Shown here: positions 25,923 to 34,884 of the stretch, one piece after another | Numbering within the stretch: the first letter of the stretch is position 1 | Layout of the letters: each line of letters starts with the position of its first letter | DNA from: Eledone cirrhosa | Taxonomy: Eukaryota | Direction of reading: 5' to 3' | Assembly: GCA_964016885.1 (NCBI GenBank) | Contig: OZ024740.1 | Span: 332,940,001-333,004,000 of the forward strand | DNA: 64,000 bases | Program-made: the position numbers and the translations under genes | The notes under the pieces: generated by a model | Told to the model about the DNA's origin: nothing | Database searches by the model: none | Seen by the model: the letters and a program-made list of their open reading frames with translations, nothing else

Positions 25923-26108
25923 ATAATTGTTTCTACTTTAGGCACACGGCCAGCAATTACCCAGTGCATTACTGGTTCTTTATTTTATCGACCCCGTAAG
26001 GATGAAAGGCAAAGTCAACCTCGGCGGGATTTGAATTCAGATCGTAAAGGGACGTAACTATGCTGGAAAGCATGGCGTCCGACCCTCTACCGATACTGCC
26101 AATCCACC
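25923..26108 (-). mobile_element. tRNA-derived SINE (left arm of an inverted pair)
   Basis: Reverse complement of 26239-26406 and matches 2091-2273. Confidence 0.8.
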
Positions 26109-26238
26109 AAAAAGATAATGCACTCCGTTGGTGTAAATTAATTTTGAAAATGATGACGGACAAGTAGTAGGTTGTTGTGAAGAGGCTTAAATGAAAACAT
26201 TGAAAACAACTCTCTATGCCTCAGTAATTAAGACTTTC

Positions 26239-26406
26239 GGTGAATTGGCAGTATCGGTAGAGGGTTGGACGCCATGCTTTCTATCATAGTTACGTCCCTT
26301 TACATTCTGATTTCAAATCCCTTTCATCCTTACGGGGTCGATAAAATAAAGTACCAGTAATGTACTGGTTAATTGCTGGCCTTGTGCCTAAAGTAGAAAC
26401 AATTAT
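26239..26406 (+). mobile_element. tRNA-derived SINE (right arm of an inverted pair), ~20-nt internal deletion
   Basis: TGGCAGTATCGGTAG A-box-like and TTCAAATCCC B-box-like motifs, followed by the conserved body. Confidence 0.8.
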
Positions 26407-26850
26407 ATATAAATGATTAAAAATGCATTTAAATGGTAGCAATGAAACATAGACGAATATAGATTAATGATATCTTAAGCAACCAAATCATCCCGGAAGC
26501 AGCATGCACACTTTGAAACAATCAGATGAAATGTCCGTTTCAGAATGAATTGAAAATTATATTCATGGAAGGGGAATAAAGAAGCTATGAATCGGTGAAA
26601 ATAATTTGAGAACTGATGAAACTTGCATAAAGATCCACATATCAAAATTATTCTACTACATTTGAATCATATTTCTTCGTGTAGGAACGCATCAGAAAAT
26701 TGAAATGTGAGATTTTGCCAATTTTTCGCAAAACTGCAATTTTATGTACATTTAGAAGAAATTGTTGTACCTGTTTTCGCCGTTATGATAAAGCAAAGCC
26801 TCAACGTTTAGCATATTGACACACTACTCTTTTCACGCACACGTACCCCC

Positions 26851-26894
26851 AGGGTGCGATATATGTAGATGGGGATCTACATATATCGCACCCT
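26851..26894. repeat. Perfect 20-bp inverted repeat with a 4-nt loop
   Basis: AGGGTGCGATATATGTAGAT-GGGG-ATCTACATATATCGCACCCT. Confidence 0.95.
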
Positions 26895-26959
26895 CCAATA
26901 CTTGTATATATATATATAATATAGCTCTACCCCTAAATATCGAGTGCTCACAGAAATCA

Positions 26960-27040
26960 ATTGCCCAAGGAGTGGGATTGAACACATAATCAGGACGTTG
27001 CTAAGAAAAGTCCTTAACCACGGGCCTATGTGTGCACCTA
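26960..27040 (-). mobile_element. Degenerate tRNA-like SINE head (second family)
   Basis: Minus strand TAGGCCCGTGGTTAAG ... GTGTTCAATCCCACT, with A/B-box spacing. Confidence 0.4.
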
Positions 27041-27716
27041 TTTGGACAATATGAATTAATATATGTATGCTCGCTTGATAACAAATGGCGTATACGTAAC
27101 TTTCTCATTATTGATAGAAAGAGTACTGGCTAGTAAAAAACCAGGATGTTTGTTATATTTTATACTCAATTAGAATTTTTTATGATTTAATCAAATTAGA
27201 CGAAGATGTGCAATGGTTTTGGGGCAAGAGTGGGGGCAATTTTACCTTCAGCCCATTGTCTACCTCCAAATGTTTGTAAAAATTGTCATCCATCCTAAAT
27301 AAGCCAAGGGGCAGCTTGTAATATCATTACACTAGATGGCAGATTACTATTGCCACATTAGAACAGTCAGAGCTGCTGTGTTCTCACACAATATCCGTCC
27401 AGAATATTTTACTCGACACAAGGCGATGAAACAGAGTCGAAGACAAGAGAAATTTGCCTAAGATAACGAACAGTAAAATAAACACCTGATTCAGAAAGGA
27501 ACTTAGGTAACACAAAAGCATGCTCGATGCATAAATACAATATACGTTTCTTCTAATTATTATATATATTATACTAATGTGAGAGAAATACCAGTTACTT
27601 TACAATTCATATTAATGTATATAAAAGAAAAATCATGACGCCCCACAAGAATTTAATTTTGCCAGGATTTTGATGACAAACAATACCATCGGACATAGTT
27701 TGACGTGAAGTAACTA

Positions 27717-27925
27717 TTGATGACAATGATATTGATGATAATATTTGCATCAATGACAACACTGAGGATGAAGAAGACAAAGAAGAAGATGAGGATGAAG
27801 AAGAAGTTAATGATGATTATGATGATGTTGACGACGATGATAAACGAGATAACATTGTTGACTGTGAAGAATTCGATGTTAATGAATAACAACTTTGATG
27901 ATGATAATTAAAATTATGATGATTA
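27717..27925. repeat. Degenerate (GAT)/(GAA)n low-complexity tract
   Basis: Read directly from the sequence. Confidence 0.8.
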
Positions 27926-28600
27926 CAGGGACAATATAGACAATGACAAATTATTTTGCAAATTAATTATTTAAATGATACGTTTATTCCAGAAGATCTC
28001 TTGAATTCTGTAAAATATTTATAATCTATCTTTCTCTAATATAGTGTCTATTTTTGTTTTATGTTTATTTTCGTTTGGTTTCAGTAATAACGAAGCGACG
28101 TAGGTTATATTAATCATCACTGAAGCCTACAATCCCAACATAAATCAAACAACCATTCAATGCTTCATTTCTTCTATAGGCACTGTTGTAAATTTTGTTC
28201 TTGTTGTAGATGTTGATTTGCATATATCATTGTCATGATATATAGGTACTATGTTAGATACGTATAAAACACTCGTAAGAATAATGGAATCTTTTGTAGC
28301 GATAATTAGGAAAATGATTATTTGGAAAATCGCTTCACAAGAACGGGGGTTCTAGTGTAATGGCAAACAGCGAAATGCCAGGTTCATATCCGTGTAGTAC
28401 CTATGATATCTCATTCCACACAGCTCATATACATACATCAGATGTAACAAAAATAGGCATCAGAATCAACATGTGACAACAAAGTAAAATTGATCTATTA
28501 AACAAGCGGAATTCTGTATTGAACAAGACAATGCAAGGACAAATGTTGCACAGAATTTTGTCAGACGCGCTAACCCACTACCATTAATCCACTTCATACT

Positions 28601-28678
28601 ACTGGTGGTGGTGGTGGCGATGCTGGGGAGTTGCTGGTGGTGCTGGTGCTGGTGCTACTACTACTACTACTACTGCTG

Positions 28679-28711
<33 letters not shown>

Positions 28712-28731
28712 ATAATAATAATAATAATAAT
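28601..28731. repeat. Compound microsatellite (GGT/GCTGGT)n-(CTA)n-(AAT)n at the 3' end of F
   Basis: Read directly; (AAT)n at 28711-28731 abuts the 3' end of F. Confidence 0.9.
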
Positions 28732-28985
28732 GATTTCATTTATTGGCCACAAGGGCCGACATATAGGGGACAACACAATAGACAGGGACAGTGGGGGTTT
28801 ACATAGAGATCGAGTAAGTATAAATAACAAAAAAAACAAAATAACAATAAAAATACAACAATGAAAGTTCCCCAATAAGAGGGATCACCACCCAGGGTTG
28901 ACTCAAGCACCCCACCAGTCCTGAGCCACCCGACGCTCCTAGGGCACCCGGGAAGGGCACCCCTCTCCTTCTCGAATTCACCAGC

Positions 28986-31900
28986 CTACAGGCGCATGAT
29001 CAGAGTAGGCCCACTCACGCGGGCCATTCTCGCCACATTCACCCACCTTTCAGTAAATGTACTGGGGGGCAGCACTTCTCTCTCCACCCTCACCTTCCTT
29101 TCCAAGTGAAACTTGAAGAAGTTGATGAGGGATTGGCCGAAGAGAAAAGTGTCTGTCTTCAGTCCTTTCAACCTGGTCCACCATGCAACCTCTTTCGCTA
29201 CTGCCACCAGGCAGAGGAAAATTGCCTGCCCTTCCTGACCAAAAGAAGGCGGCGGGTCAATCTTCACTATGGACTCGGACGATAGCCGGATCCGTTCTAC
29301 ACGCGACAATAGCTGTTCGACATAACCCCACAAGTCAGCAATGCACGGACACTGGACGAGTGCGTGCAGAACGGTTTCGTCGCTCTGCGCGCATCTCGGG
29401 CAGGTTCGTCTGACAGCACTTCCGTGCCTGTAGAGTTTATCCCGAACCGGCAGCGCCCCCCGGTAGCACTGCCAAGCGAGGGATTTCTGGAAGTTATCCA
29501 TCGTCCCCGGCTCGAAAGTCCTCCGGAACATACTGGTCAGTTCTACTTCGTTGACGCCCAGAGCCTCTCCTAGTACGTCATCGCACTTGCCCTCCACTAA
29601 TCCTCTATAGAAATCTTGAGTGGAAGTTCCACTGACCGCATTGCCCACCTTGCAGAGTGCAGTGAGCGCCTGGCAACATTCCAGATGCCAGTCGCCCAGT
29701 CTCGGTCTCTTCTTGACCCAGGACTGCAGCTCAGTCAAAGAGATGAGCTGCGGAAAGGCCCGTCTAACAAACGGCGACCACACCTGTTCACCGTTTAGGC
29801 AAAATATCTGGAGATGTCGCAGCCTCAGCGCATGTCTGCGCATCATTAGCCACGGCATGCCCAGCCCTCCACGAAGAGGGTGCTGGCAGCAGATGGACCG
29901 CCTCACCAACGGGACCCGTCCCCTCCACAAAAATTTGAAAAGGAGCCGTTCCAAATTGGCGAGGCGTGGACGGGGGCAAGGCACGACGGTCAGGCGGTAG
30001 TAGATGACGGACGCGATGTACGCGTTCGCCACCTCCGCCCGCCCTTTCAGTGATAGCTTTCTCTCAGCCCATTTCTGGGTGAGGTTGGCTATCCTGCTCG
30101 TCACCTCGTCCCAATTCTTATCCACCTGGAGGTCTGGTCCGAACCAAACCCCGAGCAACTTTACCGGTCCGTCTGTCCAGCGCCCAACGACGCTGTTGGA
30201 CGGCATGGACTTGCCTCTCCAGGTGCCGAGCTGCAAGCCCACCGACTTTTCCGGGTTAAGTTTTGCTCCCGTCAACCTTTCATATTCCTCCAAATGGGTG
30301 CGGATCACCTCGATTTCCGAGGTGTCCGACACCATCACGGTGATGTCGTCCGCATAAGCGGACGCAGCCTTTCTACGTCCCGGTTCGAGCGGGATGCCCT
30401 GCAACAACTCCAGCTTCCGCAGTAGAGGCTCAAGAGTCAATACGTACAGAAGTGAGGAGAGAGGGCACCCTTGACGGACCGATCGAGAGATCTGAAACGG
30501 TTCCGAGAGGTGGCCATTAACTTTGACCACCGAGCGGATGCCGCTGTACATTGCAGCGATCCAGCTTCTGAAGACGGGGCCGAAGCCAGCCGCCTCGAGG
30601 ACAGCCTCCAAGTACCGATGGTCGACCCTATCGAATGCTTTCGATTGATCTAAATTGATCAGAGCCCCACCGAAGCCAGGTTTGCACCCAACCCTCTCTA
30701 TGATGTATCGCATGAGGTGGAGGTTGTCGTGTATGGACCTGGTCGGGATTGCGCAAGTTTGCGCCTCCCCAACCAAATCTTTGACGACAAGCGCCAACCT
30801 TTTCGCTAACACCTTGGCCAAAATCTTAAACTCTGTGTTGAGCAGGGTTATGGGCCTGAAATTATCTAGTGTGTCCCTCTTGTTCTCGTCTTTCCTTATC
30901 AGCGTCACTACGCCACGGCTCACAGAACTGGGAATGCTCCCGTTCTGCTGCCAGTTGCAGTAGAGCGCTTCGAGGAGATCGGAGAACAAGTCTGGCATAT
31001 TTACGTAAAGCTCGTAGGGCAGACCATCCAAACCGGGTGACTTGCGACTCGAGCAGCCGACAAGGGCGTCCTGAATTTCGGCTGATGTTATCGGCTCTTC
31101 GCAGCGCTCAGCGTCGGCCGTCGAGAGGCGTGGCAAGCCGTCGAGGTAGGGACTGAAGTCCGCCGCCGTCTCCGACTCACCCATCCTCCCGAACAATCGA
31201 GCAAAGTGCTGGCGAAAGGCCTCACACATCTGCTTGGAATCGCTCAGTTCGTGTCCATCTCGATCCGTCAAAGACCGAATTGTGGTTTTATTTCCACGCT
31301 GCGTCTCTGCAAAGCGAGCCCATCGGGCAGCTTTGGTTCCCTCGTTCCTCAGAGCACGCGCCTTAGCTCTGACAATGCAACCTTCGTGTTTCGCATTGAA
31401 GAAATGGTCTAGTGCCATTCTCGCCGCTAGCACGTCTGTTGCAATGCCACTACAAATAGCCTCGTCTAACTTAGCTATCAGCCCCTCCTCCTTTCTATTT
31501 TTCTCTATTGCTACTTCTTTGCTAAATCCTATCGAGGTTGCTCTAATCTCTCTTTTGAGTGCCCCCCACCACCTGTTGTTGACAACCCCCCCTGTCAACT
31601 TTTGCTTAACTAAGTTGTTGACCCGGTCCCTGTAAGCTTTACGTGCCGGAAACGACATGTTTAGCTTCCAGTAGCTAGGTCCTAACCTACGTGTCTTATC
31701 TAGGTCGACCATACAGATCACAAGCTTGTGATCTGAATAGGCAACCGTTTTAAAATGTGGACATCCTACACTATTTCTATCTCTTTTCCTAATGAAAATC
31801 CTATCTATGTACGATCTAGATGACCCTATGCGATTGGTCCAGGTCCATACTGGCGCATTAGGGAAATCTAGTCGGTACTTGTCAGACAGTTGAAACTGGC

Positions 31901-32405
31901 TGATCAGGTACTTGAGGCTTTTGCACCCCCCGCTCCTATCAGATACTCCCACACAATCCCAGCGTGCTTCTAAGATGCCATTCCAATCCCCTATTAACAG
32001 TAAAGGGCGAGACGTAAGCAGAAAGTTTTCCAGGCGCCTAAAGAAGTCCGGCCGACCGGCCCCAGTAGGGGCGTAGACGGCCACCAGTCTAAAGGCACCA
32101 CCTTCGCTATTGCTCACGTCCAGGACCACCAACTTTCCGTCAGGATCCCGGAAGATTGACCTTACCTCGAGATCCAGACATTTCCTAAACAGCACAGCCA
32201 CTCCACCTCCCATTCCCGGCCGACTAACAGATGCAAAGATCTGATAATCGTCGAAAATCGGCGCCAGTGCGCGTGTGTCGGAAATTCTGGTCTCGCTGAT
32301 GGCAATTACATCCATTCCTAGTGACCTGAGGTCGTTGAGCAAGTGACCTTGCTTCCAGGGCGACCCCAGGCCACGAACATTTAAACTTCCTACTCTTATG
32401 GCCAT
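28986..32405 (-). CDS. ORF2 polyprotein: AP-like endonuclease, reverse transcriptase, C-terminal CCHC zinc finger (1139 aa)
   Basis: APE motifs GSLNVRG, ISET, VYAP, GDWN, YIDR, SDHK. RT motifs KSPGLDG, FRPITLLN, LDQSKAFDRV, QGCPLS, YADD, KLLG. Zinc finger CPRC-x8-H-x4-C. Confidence 0.96.
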   Translation of the reverse strand: MAIRVGSLNVRGLGSPWKQGHLLNDLRSLGMDVIAISETRISDTRALAPIFDDYQIFASVSRPGMGGGVAVLFRKCLDLEVRSIFRDPDGKLVVLDVSNSEGGAFRLVAVYAPTGAGRPDFFRRLENFLLTSRPLLLIGDWNGILEARWDCVGVSDRSGGCKSLKYLISQFQLSDKYRLDFPNAPVWTWTNRIGSSRSYIDRIFIRKRDRNSVGCPHFKTVAYSDHKLVICMVDLDKTRRLGPSYWKLNMSFPARKAYRDRVNNLVKQKLTGGVVNNRWWGALKREIRATSIGFSKEVAIEKNRKEEGLIAKLDEAICSGIATDVLAARMALDHFFNAKHEGCIVRAKARALRNEGTKAARWARFAETQRGNKTTIRSLTDRDGHELSDSKQMCEAFRQHFARLFGRMGESETAADFSPYLDGLPRLSTADAERCEEPITSAEIQDALVGCSSRKSPGLDGLPYELYVNMPDLFSDLLEALYCNWQQNGSIPSSVSRGVVTLIRKDENKRDTLDNFRPITLLNTEFKILAKVLAKRLALVVKDLVGEAQTCAIPTRSIHDNLHLMRYIIERVGCKPGFGGALINLDQSKAFDRVDHRYLEAVLEAAGFGPVFRSWIAAMYSGIRSVVKVNGHLSEPFQISRSVRQGCPLSSLLYVLTLEPLLRKLELLQGIPLEPGRRKAASAYADDITVMVSDTSEIEVIRTHLEEYERLTGAKLNPEKSVGLQLGTWRGKSMPSNSVVGRWTDGPVKLLGVWFGPDLQVDKNWDEVTSRIANLTQKWAERKLSLKGRAEVANAYIASVIYYRLTVVPCPRPRLANLERLLFKFLWRGRVPLVRRSICCQHPLRGGLGMPWLMMRRHALRLRHLQIFCLNGEQVWSPFVRRAFPQLISLTELQSWVKKRPRLGDWHLECCQALTALCKVGNAVSGTSTQDFYRGLVEGKCDDVLGEALGVNEVELTSMFRRTFEPGTMDNFQKSLAWQCYRGALPVRDKLYRHGSAVRRTCPRCAQSDETVLHALVQCPCIADLWGYVEQLLSRVERIRLSSESIVKIDPPPSFGQEGQAIFLCLVAVAKEVAWWTRLKGLKTDTFLFGQSLINFFKFHLERKVRVEREVLPPSTFTERWVNVARMARVSGPTLIMRL

Positions 32406-32434
32406 GCTGGCAGGATGAATGGGAGAGGAAAGGT

Positions 32435-34345
32435 TTACTTACCTTCCGGGGTCTTGTGAAGGTCGGGTGGTTCGACCTCCATGGTTTGTGGGGTTTCTTT
32501 TGGGAACCCCTTTAATAGTCTTGACGTGGGTTTTACGTTCGGGGTTCCCACATCCCGAGGAAAGCTCTTTCGAATTTCTTTGTATGAAGCGAGCGACATT
32601 CGCATCAGAAGCAAATTATCTGGTACGCGAAATGTGCTCGCTTCAAATGTTTCCCCATCTTTTTCGATGTTTGTGCTTCGTGCTACATGGGCCATCAATT
32701 CCTTGTTGGCCCTTCTGGCAAGCACGAAGTTTTTAATGTTTTGTTGCTCGGGTTTTATTTGTTCGTGTGATTGTGGTGGTGATAGCTTTGTTAGTGTTGT
32801 TTCTATTGTGTCTGCGTTTGTTGTGGGTGGGGTGTCTGTAGTTTCTGATGTTTGTGTGTCTATTTGTTCTTGTGTCTGTTTAGCTTGTTTGCGTTTGGGG
32901 GATTTTGGTGGTTGTGTTGGTGATGCTGTGGGGAAAATGTTTGTGTGGGTGGTGTGTGTATTTTTTTTTGTGGGGGTGTTTGTGCTTTGTGGATTTCTTT
33001 TTTTTTTGTGTTTTGTTTTTTGTATTTTGGGGGACTTTGGTTTTCCCTCATCTTCACTGCTGGAGGATGAGGGGTCTGTGGCTGTGAGCGTGTTTGTGTC
33101 TGAGTGAGTGTTTATGTTCTTGTTCGTGTGTGTATTTTGGGGGGGAGGGGGAATGGGAGAGCTTTCCTCGTTTCCCCCCTGGGTGTGCAATTTTGGTGGT
33201 TCCATTGTTGACGGTGTTGCTGGTGGTCCTTGTCCCGGCGTCGCCAGCAGTGGAATCTTTCGACCCCTTGCGCTTTTCGGCAGTTGAGGGCAGAAGGCTC
33301 GCAAGTGTGTCGTTTCCCCACAAAGGAAACAATGCGGCCTTTTGCCCTCAGTCATTATATGCAACACCCTCCCGTTTTGGAGGCGGATGTGGTCCGGGAT
33401 TGCTTTCACGTTTTCGGGTCTGATTTGGAGCAGTATCTCCAGATCAACCCCGGACCAGTCGTCCCTGGCAGTTCTCGTTGCCTCTACCGGGACTGTATCC
33501 GTTCCTTCCACGATTACGCAACCCAGGAGCCACCACATATCAAGTCCTGGTGGAATCCTGGGAATGCGCACACGTGCTATTCGTTTTCCCATGTGGGAGG
33601 GGTACATTATAACCTTGCTGGTTTTGCAAGGGGTCATTGAATGCTTCACAGCGAGGGCTTCAGACTTGAACAGCACCGAAACGGTGCCGTATTGCCTGCC
33701 CCTCTCTATGAAGTCTGTGTCCTCTCTGATGTATTTCAGTGCGGCTTCTATGTCAGCTTGGGCGATTATCGCTGCCCTCTTTGTCTCTACTGAGATGCAT
33801 CTGAAATGCACCGTTCTTTTTTCCACTGCCTCAATGGCTTCTGCCGGGACAGTTAAGTTTGCCCAGGTCTGCTCTTGATTTATGATTTTCCAGGCCTGGG
33901 CCAACTTTTCCTCTCTGTTGGTTAAGTCGATGCTGTAGCATGGTCTCCTTTTAGCTGCTGCCACAGCAGCGAAGGTGTTCTTGTTGGTGTTGTCACTGTT
34001 GTTGTTCTTGTTGGTGTTGCTGCTGCTATTGCTGTTGTTGTTCTCCCCTGTGTCGTGGTTACCCTCTGTGCTGTTGGCCTTGTTGGTGCTGTTGCTGTCG
34101 CTACTATTACTCTCTGTGCTGTTCGTTTTGTTGGTGCTCTCGTTATTACCACCTTCTGCGCTGTTCGGCTTGTTGGTGTTGGTGTTGTCGCTGTTACCAC
34201 CTTCCGCGCCGCTCGGCCCGTTGGTGCTGGCACTGTCGCTGCTCACATTCGTGCTGGTGGCGCTCCTCGCCTCACCTCTCCTCTCAACGCTCAAGTCGCC
34301 GTTGCACGACAGCAGACCCGCCTCTAGGGGGCGTGGCTCCGCCAT
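32435..34345 (-). CDS. ORF1 RNA-binding/gag-like protein (636 aa)
   Basis: N/S/T-rich N-terminus, conserved ~200-aa core (probably RRM-like; inference), C-x2-C-x4-H-x4-C knuckle CFLCGETTHLRAFC, P/T/K linker and small C-terminal domain. Confidence 0.92.
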   Translation of the reverse strand: MAEPRPLEAGLLSCNGDLSVERRGEARSATSTNVSSDSASTNGPSGAEGGNSDNTNTNKPNSAEGGNNESTNKTNSTESNSSDSNSTNKANSTEGNHDTGENNNSNSSSNTNKNNNSDNTNKNTFAAVAAAKRRPCYSIDLTNREEKLAQAWKIINQEQTWANLTVPAEAIEAVEKRTVHFRCISVETKRAAIIAQADIEAALKYIREDTDFIERGRQYGTVSVLFKSEALAVKHSMTPCKTSKVIMYPSHMGKRIARVRIPRIPPGLDMWWLLGCVIVEGTDTVPVEATRTARDDWSGVDLEILLQIRPENVKAIPDHIRLQNGRVLHIMTEGKRPHCFLCGETTHLRAFCPQLPKSARGRKIPLLATPGQGPPATPSTMEPPKLHTQGGNEESSPIPPPPQNTHTNKNINTHSDTNTLTATDPSSSSSEDEGKPKSPKIQKTKHKKKRNPQSTNTPTKKNTHTTHTNIFPTASPTQPPKSPKRKQAKQTQEQIDTQTSETTDTPPTTNADTIETTLTKLSPPQSHEQIKPEQQNIKNFVLARRANKELMAHVARSTNIEKDGETFEASTFRVPDNLLLMRMSLASYKEIRKSFPRDVGTPNVKPTSRLLKGFPKETPQTMEVEPPDLHKTPEGK

Positions 34346-34565
34346 GTTTTTTTGAGAAAAAAATTATTATTTTTTTTTTTTTTTTTCAAAATAAAGTTCA
34401 AATATTTGGGCCAAAAGGCCCAAATATTATGAGTTATTCCTTCACAGGATACAAATTAATGTCTTATAATGCTTCAGCGGTACAAAAAATAAACAATTCT
34501 CTACAATTAATCCTCAAAAAATTGCTTACTCACGGAGCTTCAAAAAACGTACATCCACTTTCGTC

Positions 34566-34595
34566 AATAATAATAATAATAATAATACAAATAAT
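34566..34595. repeat. (AAT)n at the F/G junction
   Basis: Read directly; one interruption. Confidence 0.93.
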
Positions 34596-34884
34596 GATTT
34601 CTTTATTGGCCACAAGGGCTGACATCAAGAAAAATATGACAGACGGAACAGGACGGTACGATGTGGGTTTTGTGCGTGTAAATATTTTTATTATTTATAT
34701 AAGAAAAGAAAAAAGACATAAAACATATATATATATAAACAATAAAATGAAAATTGAAACAATGAAAAATTCCCCAATAGGGGGGAAACCTCCGAGGGTT
34801 ACTCGTGGCGAAAACCACACAAAAGACCACGGCCACACGGACTACCAGGGCAAGCGCCCTCTCTCAATTTTTCCATCTCTCAAA

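Larger units (their letters stand above)
28732..34565 (-). mobile_element. Tx1/L1-clade retrotransposon copy F: full length, both ORFs intact
   Basis: Flanked by (TTA)n on the sense strand at both ends. 220-nt leader, 636-aa ORF1, 1139-aa ORF2, and a 3' UTR with AATAAA. Confidence 0.96.

Noticed and set aside
28340-28400. tRNA gene
   Set aside because: Only weak A/B-box-like words and no cloverleaf. At most a decayed SINE head.
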